This document shows, in pieces, positions 56,201 through 64,000 of a stretch of 64,000 nucleotides of DNA. The position numbers and the translations under genes were made by a program. Within the stretch, counting starts at the first letter, position 1; the number at the start of each line of letters is the position of its first letter. Location: the sequence record MZ574432.2; one strand, given 5' to 3'. Under the pieces are notes generated by a model. It worked only from the letters and a program-made list of their open reading frames with translations. It ran no database searches and was not told the origin of the DNA.

Positions 56201-58058
56201 CCAGGGCGCCTATTGGCTGTGCCGCCAAGCAGGTACGTCCGAAGCCCCCGGCGCTGGCGATGACTGGATCAAGCTGCCCGAGACCTTGGCGTTGCTCAAG
56301 GACATCGACTTTTCGACTCCTCCGTCGGACGGTCAGGCGCTCGTCTATGATGGCGCCTCCAACAAGTTCAAGGCCGCAGACGTCGCGGGTGGCACAAGCG
56401 GCGGCAACAGATACAACATCGGCGTGACCCCGCGCACGCGCCTGCACCGCGCCGCTGTTCAGTCGATCCCGACCTCGACCTGGACGGCCGTCCAATGGGA
56501 TACCGAAACCGAGGACGCGGTCAACGCTTTCGTCTCCGGCGCCAACACCCGCGTCACCATCCCCGTGGGTGTAAAGGCCGCCCGCGTGACGGCCTACGCC
56601 AACTGGGTCACCTCGGTTGATGCTGCGAACGTCGGCATGGCCCTTCGCCGCAACGGCGTTGAGATCGGCTCGACTGGCGGTTCGCCGATCGCGGCCTCGC
56701 GCCCAGGTCAGTACCAGTCTCATCTGAACTTCACCTCGGAGTGGTTCACGGTCACCGCCGGTGACTACTACGAGATGTTCGTCTTCCAAAATTCCGGCTC
56801 AAGCCAGGACCTGAACGGTCCGGTCACCAACTTTGGCGAGAACACCTATCTCCAGTTCGAATGGGACGAAGGGGTGCCGGTCTCGTCGATCGAAGCTGGC
56901 GACTTCCACGCCCCGCACCAGGGCTGGAGAATGTTGGTTCTGGACAGCCAGACGGGCACCTACGCCACGATCACGGAGTTGAAGTTCTACGACCGCAGTG
57001 GCGTGCAGATCGCCACGACGGGTGGCAAGCTGTTCGACACCAATTCCCACCCCAGCTACCCGGTGCAGCAAGCGTTCGATGGCTCGACCACCTACTGGTC
57101 GTCGTCCCAGACGACCTCGACCGGTCAACTTGCCGGCCCTGGCTACATCTTCGCCGCGCCTGTCGATGTCGGTTCGGTCAAGGTCACCTCGCCCAGCACC
57201 GACTTCAACGCCACCAACTCGCCCAAGAACTTCGTCATCCAGTACAGCGACGACGCCGGCGCCACGTGGCTGACCTTCGCCATGTTCACCAACCAGACCG
57301 CCTGGGGTGATCGCGAAGAACGCACCTTTGTCCTGCCGACGAGTGGTGTCGCCCGCGTCGGGGGCGCCCGTACACTCGACGAACTCAACGACGTCGCGAT
57401 CGGCGTGCCCAAGCATGGGGACCTGCTGACCTACGATGGCGCGACCTCGACCTGGAAGCAGAAGACCCGCTGGGGCTATGCTCCGCCTAAGGCGGCAGAC
57501 TTCCCGACGGCCGTGGGCGCGGTCGCCCTGACCCTGTCGGATGACGATGAAGCTGGGTTGATGATCGACTGCGGCGCCAGCGCCACCTCGGACATTCAGC
57601 GCGGCGTTTTCAAAAGCCTGCCGACGGGTGACTGGTCCGTTACGGCCAAGATCATCGATCATCTGGCGCCGGTCTACTATAACGCCGTCGGGATCATGCT
57701 GCGCGAGTCGGCCACCGGCAAGCTCGTACTGCTGGGCTGCGAGGTCGCCGGATCGAGCTTCACAGTTCCGATGCGCCAAGTGCGTTACTCGCGACTGCCG
57801 GGCCTGTCCGGCTTCACGGCCAATGACTATGGCCGTCCCTCCCCGTCGATCCCGCAATGGTATCGGATTTCCTTGACGGGCAGCACCCTGAAGGCAGAAG
57901 TCTCGGCCGACGGGAAGTTCTGGCGCACCATCGTCACGCAGGCTGTGACGACCGGGTTCACGACCAAGCCTGACCAGATCGGTCTGGGCTGTTCGCTGAA
58001 CTATACCGATACCCAGAGCGCCATGCTCTCGGTTCCCTACTGGAACCAGTCCTTCTAA
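53208..58058 (+). CDS. Tail fibre / receptor-binding protein, 1616 aa
   Basis: DUF2793-like N-terminus, ~9 repeats of L.D.P.SY.GQ..K...VK.DGTG.EF, two discoidin/F5-8-like domains (..QYSDD...W.......QT.W..G..R.F), lectin-like C-terminus. Confidence 0.88.
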   Translation: MTDYTPMLHLPLVAPNQDQKEATINTALAILEAANNDTLQVSLSAGDVTLNTDQFTKYFHHQFYGHTTARSVTLPDTNRWFAVENQGTATITFVISGSSGLSAELASGKIGLVVSDGTDLRFVVPDPTSGLGLLSDLSDVDGGQTDGQLLRWSNAESAWKPWTLDFSFLNLNDTPTTYVSNIGKLVAVKSDGTGLEFVSSAANVNSFVDLDDTPDGYAGYANRTVKVNGAANSLIFDWPKLTEASDFPSSYAGAANKFLRVNAGTNAVEFHAPVVADLSDGPGAPTGNALKYLRVKADGTGVEYATGTGGPDDFLELLDTPDSYAGKGLYFVRVKSDLSGLDFLRASFTDLIDVPSTYSGQGGKYVKVNGGGTGLTFSAPTVQELSNGPGNPAGQANKVVRVKSDGTALEYATLPITTLSGFPSSFAGQGGKYLQVKGDETGVQFVTSSYTTNFLALTDTPSSYVGQANKLIAVDPTGTGLIFVSPSSGGATKLDDLNDVEFPTGTPADGMVLTFRGGMWSPEVSAGGSDGTLAGLTDVALTTPEEGQALVYRSGAWTNEDQSSTAIGVPSYGAHAYWRLLLHTTDGSTIQYGIQEIQFKATRDGPDLANGGTASASTDEFGTVTGAFDNIISGAWFSTTAADGEWIKYHFTAPAGVRYVTIQGSQSQPSTSPASFSVQYSDDDAEWTTAWEVIGQTGWAPGQTRMFHGPMDLFFTDLADAPQSYVGQAGKSLRVNTGGTALEFFTLPFVPVSIGDLADVEMGTGTPANGSVLTWKDGVWQAEPNTGGGGGGGASSFLGLNDTPDSYVGEGGNAIRVKMTEDGLEFYTAGTGGGGGGSWRGGWAAGAEQVFIDFESGSLNPAFTYDASGFAVVVQPDTLAGTTNALKFRPIGNGATCYCELPITDVLSVSSLKVRYKVSSEGPDFFRVLQDGSQVHQDSGNTGLYEEFSLATTGDHTLRFSYTKDGSLAVGDDTVYISQITYYKTLDNPYVYGDTVTYQGAYWLCRQAGTSEAPGAGDDWIKLPETLALLKDIDFSTPPSDGQALVYDGASNKFKAADVAGGTSGGNRYNIGVTPRTRLHRAAVQSIPTSTWTAVQWDTETEDAVNAFVSGANTRVTIPVGVKAARVTAYANWVTSVDAANVGMALRRNGVEIGSTGGSPIAASRPGQYQSHLNFTSEWFTVTAGDYYEMFVFQNSGSSQDLNGPVTNFGENTYLQFEWDEGVPVSSIEAGDFHAPHQGWRMLVLDSQTGTYATITELKFYDRSGVQIATTGGKLFDTNSHPSYPVQQAFDGSTTYWSSSQTTSTGQLAGPGYIFAAPVDVGSVKVTSPSTDFNATNSPKNFVIQYSDDAGATWLTFAMFTNQTAWGDREERTFVLPTSGVARVGGARTLDELNDVAIGVPKHGDLLTYDGATSTWKQKTRWGYAPPKAADFPTAVGAVALTLSDDDEAGLMIDCGASATSDIQRGVFKSLPTGDWSVTAKIIDHLAPVYYNAVGIMLRESATGKLVLLGCEVAGSSFTVPMRQVRYSRLPGLSGFTANDYGRPSPSIPQWYRISLTGSTLKAEVSADGKFWRTIVTQAVTTGFTTKPDQIGLGCSLNYTDTQSAMLSVPYWNQSF

Positions 58059-58073
58059 AACCCCGAGTAGCTT

Positions 58074-58718
58074 ATGCGTCATTACTGGAAGGTCCCCCGG
58101 CTTTGGGCCGGGGAGACCTGCGTCATCATTGGCGGCGGCCCCAGCGTCGCCGATGTCGATCTCTCCCAGATCAAGGGCCGCGCCCGTGTGATCACCCTCA
58201 ACAACGCTTGGGAACTGGTCCCTTTCAACGACATCCAGTTCTTCGCCGACACCCGCTGGTGGCGCTGGCATGGCGACAAATTCCCGGCTGATTATCCGGC
58301 TCGGATCGTCACGGTCTCCAAGGGCGACTTGCCCAACGGCGAGCGGGTCTTCCGGCTGCGCAAGGAGCATGAGGGCGGCATCTGCACCGATCCGCAGGCT
58401 GTGTTCGGCCGCGACAGCGGGCTGATGGCGATGAACCTTGCCTTCAATCTCGGGGTGGGGCGCATCGTCCTGATCGGCTATGACATGCGCTTCACGGGCG
58501 GCCAAGGGCACTGGCACGAGGATCACCCGATCCCCGGCAAGGAAAGCTACTATACCGACGACTTCGCGCCGCTCTATCCGCCGGCGGTCGCCAAGATGCA
58601 GCAAGTGGGCGTCGAGGTGCTGCGCGTGACGCCCTCGGCCCTTGACTTCATCCCCCAGGTCACGCTCGAAGACGCACTCTCGCGCCCACCGCGCCACCGA
58701 AGCGATCTCTATGCCTAG
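58074..58718 (+). CDS. MptE-like / glycosyltransferase-related protein, 214 aa
   Basis: CVIIGGGPS....DL......VI..N.A......D..FF.D..W and A.NLA...G...IVLIG.D. Confidence 0.7.
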   Translation: MRHYWKVPRLWAGETCVIIGGGPSVADVDLSQIKGRARVITLNNAWELVPFNDIQFFADTRWWRWHGDKFPADYPARIVTVSKGDLPNGERVFRLRKEHEGGICTDPQAVFGRDSGLMAMNLAFNLGVGRIVLIGYDMRFTGGQGHWHEDHPIPGKESYYTDDFAPLYPPAVAKMQQVGVEVLRVTPSALDFIPQVTLEDALSRPPRHRSDLYA

Positions 58719-59535
58719 AGCCTATGTCGATCTCAAGGACACGCCCCACTATCGGCTGACGAGTTTCATCAACGGCTTTGCGCGCCTGGGCTTCATGGTG
58801 CGACGCGGAGCGCCCGACCAGCCGCTGGGTCCCGACGACGCGGTCGTGGTCTGGAACCGGATGGGGCGCTCGCTGAAGGCCGAAACCATGGCCAGGGAAG
58901 GTGGAGCGGCGCTGATCGTCGCCGAGAACGGCTACCATGGCAAGGACGCCGACGGCATCCAAAGCTATGCCCTGGCGCTGGATGGCCACAATGGCTCGGG
59001 CCGTTGGTTCGTCGGCGACGACGAGCGCCTGAAGGCCTTGCGCATCGATTTCAAGCCCTGGCGCGTGCAGCAGACCGGCAAGTTCCTGATCGCCGCCCAG
59101 CGCGGGATTGGCTCACCCTTGATGCGTTCTCCGCCGCACTTCGCCGAACGGCTGGTCGAGCGGGTGGAAGCCCAGGGCATGCGCGCCTATATCCGCCCCC
59201 ATCCAGGTCAGCACACGCCGCCAACGACCCTGCTCCAGGACCTGGAGGACAAAGAGGGCCTGCTGGTCTGGTCCTCGAACGCGGCGACCCAGGCATTGAT
59301 CCACGGTGTGCCTGTTCATTACATGGCGCCGTCGATCGTGACGCGAGGCGCGGCCAAGCGCTTGACAACTCCTTTCTTGTGGAATAGCTCTGCGGATGCT
59401 CGCCCGGAGGCTTTCCAGCGGATGGCGTGGGCGCAGTGGTTCTTGAGCGAGATCGCTTCTGGCGAAGCGCTCAGAACCTTACTCGACGTCCACCAGGGCA
59501 AGCTGCCCTCCGTCCAAGAAGGATTTGGTATTTGA
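58711..59535 (+). CDS. Capsule-synthesis-like (KpsS-like) glycosyltransferase 1, 274 aa
   Basis: ATG 58711 overlaps the upstream gene; VAENGY, IRPHP, WSSNAA..ALI.GVP, L.AQW...EI.SG. Confidence 0.7.
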   Translation: MPRAYVDLKDTPHYRLTSFINGFARLGFMVRRGAPDQPLGPDDAVVVWNRMGRSLKAETMAREGGAALIVAENGYHGKDADGIQSYALALDGHNGSGRWFVGDDERLKALRIDFKPWRVQQTGKFLIAAQRGIGSPLMRSPPHFAERLVERVEAQGMRAYIRPHPGQHTPPTTLLQDLEDKEGLLVWSSNAATQALIHGVPVHYMAPSIVTRGAAKRLTTPFLWNSSADARPEAFQRMAWAQWFLSEIASGEALRTLLDVHQGKLPSVQEGFGI

Positions 59536-60392
59536 GCGATTTTGGGGTCTTCAAGCCTCCCTTCGTCGTGATCCAGCGCGGCAAGGAAAAGTCCGAGATG
59601 CTGGCCTCGGCCGTCGTCAAGGGCTATGGCATGGGCGTGGGCCAGATCGGCTACGGCACGCCCCTGGCGGACATCCCCGAGACGTTCATGCCGGTCTACG
59701 TCGGGGTCCACCCCCAGACGATCCAGTCGCTCCGCGACTGCCACGCCGCCCAGCGCCCCTTCGTCACGGTCGATAACGGCTATTTCAAGGGCTACAAGCG
59801 CGGCGGCTATTTCCGCCTGACGACCAACGCCATGCAGTGGGCGCACCGCCGCCATGGGGCCAACGCCCAGGACATGGCTCGCTTCAAGGCCCTGGACATG
59901 CCGGTCCAACCTCTGCGTCTGGGCCAGGGCGAACATATCCTGATCGCCTGCCAGTCGCCGACTTGGTATCAGATGATGGGCCTCGAAAGCGTCGAGGCCT
60001 GGGTCAATCCGCTGATTGATCGCCTGCGGCTGGTCACCGACCGACCGATCCGCGTGCGCCAAAAACCCCTCAAGGGCGTCAAAGAGCCGCCGATCGAGGA
60101 AGACCTGGAAAAATCCTGGGCCGTGGTGGCCTATTCGTCCAACACCTTGATCGAGGCGGCCCTAATGGGCATCCCGATCTTCCCTATGGCGTTCAGCGCT
60201 GCAACGCCTCTGGGCTCGACCGACCTCTCCACCATCGAGAGCGCGCCTTTCCGAAATCAGCGCACCATCAACCGTCCCGAGGTCTTTGCCCAATTGGCAG
60301 GCGCCCAATGGACGATCCCCGAAATCGAGTCGGGCAAGGCGTGGCTGGACCTAAGCCAGCGCTACGATCCCGACTTCAAGCCGCTGGCCTAA
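59532..60392 (+). CDS. Capsule-synthesis-like glycosyltransferase 2 (paralog), 286 aa
   Basis: TTG 59532 overlaps the upstream TGA; VDNGYF, VRQKP, YSSN..IEAAL.GIP, LA.AQW...EI.SG. Confidence 0.7.
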   Translation: MSDFGVFKPPFVVIQRGKEKSEMLASAVVKGYGMGVGQIGYGTPLADIPETFMPVYVGVHPQTIQSLRDCHAAQRPFVTVDNGYFKGYKRGGYFRLTTNAMQWAHRRHGANAQDMARFKALDMPVQPLRLGQGEHILIACQSPTWYQMMGLESVEAWVNPLIDRLRLVTDRPIRVRQKPLKGVKEPPIEEDLEKSWAVVAYSSNTLIEAALMGIPIFPMAFSAATPLGSTDLSTIESAPFRNQRTINRPEVFAQLAGAQWTIPEIESGKAWLDLSQRYDPDFKPLA

Positions 60393-60401
60393 GGACCCAC
60401 C

Positions 60402-61208
60402 ATGCCCCATCACGTCTTCGTCGGCTATGACAGCCGCGAGCAGGCCGCCTACGACGTCTGTGTCGACAGCCTCGTCGAGCATAACAAAGGTGACGACAAC
60501 GACATCGTCGTCCACAAGCTGGAGCACCGCGACCTGCGGCGGCGTGGCCTCTTCACCCGGCCCTGGCGGATCGACGAGACGGGTCAGTTCTGGGACGAGC
60601 GCGACGGACGACCGTTCTCGACCGAGTTCAGCCACAGTCGCTTCCTGGTGCCGACCCTGGCCTCGCAGATGGGCATCGTCTCGCCGGTCATGTTCGTCGA
60701 CTGCGACTTTCTGTTCGTCGAGCCGGTGCAGAACCTCTTCCACGAGGTCCTGGCGACCAAGCCCTTCGAGGACGGCAGCAATCCGCTCTGGGTGGTCAAG
60801 CACGAATTCAGCAAGGCCGAGGAAGGCGTCAAGATGGACGGCATGGTCCAGCAGGCCTACTTCCGCAAGCTGTGGTCGAGCCTGATGATCTACGACCTGC
60901 GCTTCCCGCTGCGATGGTTCCCGACCGCCGGCGAGGCCAACCACCATTCCGGCTCGCATCTGCACGGCTTCTACATCGCCCCCAACCTGCCGATGGAGGA
61001 TGATGTCATCGGAGCCCTTGATCCGGCCTGGAACTGGATTCCGGGCCATTCCTCGGACGACATCAAGCCCAAGGCCGTCCACTGGTCCCTAGGCGGGCCG
61101 TGGATGGACGGCTATGAAGACACCCCCTACGCCGTGACGTGGCGGCAGTACCGCAAGGCCACCCTGCTGGAGCAGGCTGGCATCCTCAAGAAGACCAAGG
61201 CAGCCTGA
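60402..61208 (+). CDS. GT8-like glycosyltransferase, 268 aa
   Basis: VFVGYD.RE..AY.VC..S, STEFS.SRFLVP, MFVDCDFL (DxD), RK.WSS, H.SLGGPW. Confidence 0.85.
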   Translation: MPHHVFVGYDSREQAAYDVCVDSLVEHNKGDDNDIVVHKLEHRDLRRRGLFTRPWRIDETGQFWDERDGRPFSTEFSHSRFLVPTLASQMGIVSPVMFVDCDFLFVEPVQNLFHEVLATKPFEDGSNPLWVVKHEFSKAEEGVKMDGMVQQAYFRKLWSSLMIYDLRFPLRWFPTAGEANHHSGSHLHGFYIAPNLPMEDDVIGALDPAWNWIPGHSSDDIKPKAVHWSLGGPWMDGYEDTPYAVTWRQYRKATLLEQAGILKKTKAA

Positions 61209-61735
61209 TGTCGTCGACCATCTCCGAAGCCTACCGCCGGCTGAACGCCCAGCTACACGCCGAAAACGACAGCTACGGCGTCCATGGCTGGATGTGGCTG
61301 GGACCGGTGCTTCACTTCGCCCAGGCCGCTGGCGCCCGCTCCCTCCTCGACTATGGCTGCGGCAAGGACACCCTGGCGCGCTGGATGCCCGTGACCGCGC
61401 CGGCCATCCGCGTCGAAAGCTACGACCCGGCCATCCCCGAGCATGCGGCCGATCCGCCGCCTTGCGACTTCGTCGCCTGCCTGGACGTGATGGAGCACAT
61501 CGAGCCTGACCATCTCGATGCGGTGCTGGCCCATATCCGCACCAAGATGCGCAAGGGCGGCTTCATGGTCATCTGCCTGCGCGAGGCCAAGAAGTCGCTT
61601 CCCGACGGGCGTAACGCGCACCTGATCGTGGAGTCCTCGGACTGGTGGCTGGACAAGCTCCGCACGGTCTTCAGCCGCGTCGACAAGCTCAAGGGCCTGT
61701 CGAAGGATTCGCTGGTCGTGGTGGTGACCCCCTAA
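61208..61735 (+). CDS. Class I SAM-dependent methyltransferase, 175 aa
   Basis: ATG overlaps the upstream TGA; LLDYGCGK, YDP, C.DV.EHIEP motifs. Confidence 0.88.
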   Translation: MSSTISEAYRRLNAQLHAENDSYGVHGWMWLGPVLHFAQAAGARSLLDYGCGKDTLARWMPVTAPAIRVESYDPAIPEHAADPPPCDFVACLDVMEHIEPDHLDAVLAHIRTKMRKGGFMVICLREAKKSLPDGRNAHLIVESSDWWLDKLRTVFSRVDKLKGLSKDSLVVVVTP

Positions 61736-62604
61736 TGGGTATTGGCGACAAGATGATGGCGATCGGTGATGCCTGGAGGCTGCACCGAGACGATCCGTTC
61801 AACCGGCGCGTGGCGATCGGCGATGGCCGGATCATCGACCAGACCGACAACGACCTGCTCTTTGGCCTCAACTTCATCGCCCGCGCTGGCCACATGGTCG
61901 AGCGCGAAGAGGTCCAGTGGGTGATCAGCTACCCCGGAAATCGCCCGTACATCGACTATCAGGCGATGCGCCGCGCTCTGGTCGCCCAGGGCCAGCGGGT
62001 CTTCAAGCAGAAGAAGCTGGCCTCGACGTTGGGCCGGTACATCTGGAAGATGGACTATCGTCCAACGCCGGCGCCGATCAAGCAGACGGCCGAGGAGGAG
62101 ATGATCACCGCCCGCTGGGCCAAGACCCCCTTCGTGGCGATCGAGCCCTATATCAAGGACGCAGCGCCCCGCGCCAAGCAGTGGCCCGTCGAGTACATGG
62201 CCGAGACGGTGCGGCGCCTCCGCGATCAGGGCGTCAAGGTCGTGCAGATCAGCGCCGGCGGCCAGGACATCATGCCCGGTGCCACCATGGCGGCCACGCG
62301 ATCCTATCGAGAGGCCCTGGCGGTCCTGAAGGCTGCCTCGCTCTACATCGGCCCCGAGGGCGGGCTGCACCATGGCGCGGCTGCCATGGGCACCAAGGCC
62401 GTGGTCATGTTCGGCGGCTACATCGATCCGCTGGTCACCGGCTACGACATGCACGTCAACCTCACGGGCGGGGTCGAGCAGTCCTGCGGCGTCCGCGAGG
62501 GCCACTGCCCGCACTGCAAGGAGGCGATGGCGAAGATCACGCCCGATCTGGTCATGGATCACGCCGTCCGGTTGCTGCGAGAGACCGTCACGAAAGTGCC
62601 TTGA
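61735..62604 (+). CDS. GT9 (heptosyltransferase-like) glycosyltransferase, 289 aa
   Basis: ATG 61735 overlaps TAA; MGIGD.MM, K.WP, LYIGPEGGLHH.AAAMG...VV.FG motifs. Confidence 0.85.
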   Translation: MGIGDKMMAIGDAWRLHRDDPFNRRVAIGDGRIIDQTDNDLLFGLNFIARAGHMVEREEVQWVISYPGNRPYIDYQAMRRALVAQGQRVFKQKKLASTLGRYIWKMDYRPTPAPIKQTAEEEMITARWAKTPFVAIEPYIKDAAPRAKQWPVEYMAETVRRLRDQGVKVVQISAGGQDIMPGATMAATRSYREALAVLKAASLYIGPEGGLHHGAAAMGTKAVVMFGGYIDPLVTGYDMHVNLTGGVEQSCGVREGHCPHCKEAMAKITPDLVMDHAVRLLRETVTKVP

Positions 62605-62627
62605 CGCGTTCAGAAACCTCTGCTACG

Positions 62628-62643
62628 TGTCGTGATTCTTGAC
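62628..62643 (+). promoter_or_regulatory. Motif promoter (copy 12) for the lysis cassette
   Basis: tgtcg-tgatt-cttgac. Confidence 0.7.
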
Positions 62644-62661
62644 TTGAGACGTTAACCGTGA

Positions 62662-62688
62662 CACGAAAGGGGCCTCTCCCCTTTCGTG
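62662..62688 (+). promoter_or_regulatory. 11-bp hairpin over the endolysin ribosome-binding region
   Basis: cacgaaagggg-cctct-cccctttcgtg, ending 8 nt before ATG 62697. Confidence 0.65.
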
Positions 62689-62696
62689 AGCACCCT

Positions 62697-63332
62697 ATGC
62701 GCGTCTCCCCCGCAGGCTTGGCGCTGATCCAAGCCTGGGAAGGCATCGAAGACGGCGATCCGTCGACGGTCCTTCTCGACCCCTATATCGACATCGTCGG
62801 CATCTACACCATCGGCTGGGGCCACGTGCTCCTGACGCCGGCCGGCGTCCAGATCAACGTCAACACCTTCGGCAAGGCCAAGGCCGCCAAGCTCGCCAAG
62901 GAAGCCATGGTCCGCATGTTCGGCGCCGAGGCGATCACCCGCGAGAAGGCCGAAGAACTGCTTCGCGCCGACATCTTCTCGTTCGAGAGCTACGTGTCGG
63001 GCATCGTCGCTGCCGACACGACCCAGGGCCAGTTCGACGCCCTGTGCGCCTTCGCCTTCAACGTCGGCAAGCAGGGCCTTGCCAAGTCGAGCTTGCTGCG
63101 TCTGCACAACGCCGGCAAGCGCGCGGTGGGCACGCTCGACGTGGCCAACCTGATCGCCACCTCCAAGGCCCAGAAGGCGCCGACCAACATCCCGCAGGGC
63201 TTCACCTCCTGGTCCTACGCGGCCAAGAAGTGGACGCGCGGCCTCTTCCGCCGCCGCTGTTCCGAAGCCCTGGTCTATGGCGGCATGCCCGGCGCCCAGG
63301 CGTTCAAGCAGGTGCAGAGCTATGCCGCCTAA
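62697..63332 (+). CDS. Endolysin (GH24 lysozyme), 211 aa
   Basis: LI..WEG......Y.D.VG..TIGWGH, QGQFDALC.F.FN.G, GL.RRR..EA. Confidence 0.93.
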   Translation: MRVSPAGLALIQAWEGIEDGDPSTVLLDPYIDIVGIYTIGWGHVLLTPAGVQINVNTFGKAKAAKLAKEAMVRMFGAEAITREKAEELLRADIFSFESYVSGIVAADTTQGQFDALCAFAFNVGKQGLAKSSLLRLHNAGKRAVGTLDVANLIATSKAQKAPTNIPQGFTSWSYAAKKWTRGLFRRRCSEALVYGGMPGAQAFKQVQSYAA

Positions 63333-63636
63333 GCGCAGGCTGAGCGAGCAGTCGGTCAGTCGGGTCCGCCGGGCGATCTTCGCCTTTTTCCTGACCCTGC
63401 TCTCGTGGGCCAGCATCATGACGCTGGCCCGCTTTCCTGTGCCGGTGAACCAGGAGATCGTCATGAAGGCGATCGACTCCCTGGGCTTCTTCGCCACGGC
63501 CATCGGCCTGGGCTACATCGGCGGCTCGGTCGTCGATTTCTCGGGCATGTTCAGCGCCATCGGCGGCAAGTTCGGGATCAACATCCCTCAGGCCATGCCG
63601 CCTCAACAACGCAACGATGAGATTGGAGGCGTCTGA
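63322..63636 (+). CDS. Putative holin, 104 aa
   Basis: Basic N-terminus and two hydrophobic helices, between endolysin and spanin. Confidence 0.6.
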   Translation: MPPKRRLSEQSVSRVRRAIFAFFLTLLSWASIMTLARFPVPVNQEIVMKAIDSLGFFATAIGLGYIGGSVVDFSGMFSAIGGKFGINIPQAMPPQQRNDEIGGV

Positions 63637-64000
63637 TGCTCAGCGCCATCTTCGGTCATCTCGACCTCTTTGGCCTGATCTTTGGCCATCCCAAGCTCTG
63701 GCTTGGCATCCTGGTCCTGGCGCTCGCCGCCGGGGTCATCGTCTTCAAGGGCGCCTTCCTGAAGTTCCTGCTCAACGCCAGGACGCTTCTGGTGATCGCC
63801 GTGGCCGTGGGCCTGCTGTCGGTCGCCAGCCTCAAGAAGGACATGCAGGTCCTGGAGGCCAAGAACCAGCACCTGACCGAACAGGTCCAGGCTACCGCCG
63901 ACGGCATGGCCGCCGTCACCCACAAGTCAAAGGCTCAGCGCGTCAACGCCGTCAAGACCGCGCGCCTGCACGAGGTCATCTCCAATGCACAACCCGACCA
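63636..64000 (+). CDS. Putative inner-membrane spanin (partial)
   Basis: ATG overlaps the upstream TGA; hydrophobic N-terminus followed by a coiled coil (LKKDMQVLEAKNQHLTEQVQAT); runs off the window. Confidence 0.6.
   Translation, partial: MLSAIFGHLDLFGLIFGHPKLWLGILVLALAAGVIVFKGAFLKFLLNARTLLVIAVAVGLLSVASLKKDMQVLEAKNQHLTEQVQATADGMAAVTHKSKAQRVNAVKTARLHEVISNAQPD

Noticed and set aside
53208-58058. Diversity-generating retroelement targeting the fibre
   Set aside because: No reverse transcriptase and no template/variable repeat pair differing at adenines in this window.
973-58697. Very long minus-strand ORFs (e.g. 973-3018, 7929-10115, 12351-14447, 32999-34909, 35825-38968, 44680-47625, 56799-58697)
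   Set aside because: Antisense shadows of GC3-rich plus-strand genes; Arg/Gly/Ala-rich, motif-free translations with no SD or promoter.
3180-62658. Longest-ORF starts listed at 3180, 14825, 18579, 23265, 23630, 31879, 42995, 58642, 59427, 61139, 61645, 62658 and 63277
   Set aside because: They overlap upstream genes; downstream starts with SD or stop/start coupling and homology boundaries fit better and are used in the features.
1-64000. Stop-codon reassignment
   Set aside because: No CUA/UUA/UCA suppressor tRNA; TAG, TGA and TAA all end well-defined genes.

Overview
64 kb of a large, GC-rich siphophage genome. Gene content and order resemble the phiCbK-like Caulobacter phages (inference; no database search was run). 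Layout: (1) 1-16.5 kb, virion/filament genes, including a ~2,750-aa Gly-rich/lectin protein broken by a single -1 frameshift; (2) 17-29 kb, an RNA-rich accessory block with 23 tRNA genes, a MazG-like gene, a P-loop kinase, a stand-alone class II aaRS-like gene, several candidate structured ncRNAs (one ~830 nt on the minus strand), a small minus-strand island and a cadherin-repeat gene; (3) 29-58 kb, PhoH, neck, tail tube, chaperone with -1 slippery site, tape measure, GTA-like baseplate, two paralogous tail-tip proteins and a tail fibre; (4) 58-62.6 kb, a six-gene glycosyl/methyltransferase cluster; (5) the lysis cassette. Most striking observation: each of three tRNA operons starts with a promoter, an unannotated short leader ORF and mutually exclusive hairpins. 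In two of them the leader is built almost entirely from the amino acids carried by the tRNAs directly downstream. This suggests tRNA-sensing attenuators that switch on matching phage tRNAs when translation of those codons stalls. A conserved promoter motif (TGWCG-N5-CTTGAC, 12 copies) marks operon starts. No CRISPR array, integrase, transposase or reverse transcriptase was seen.
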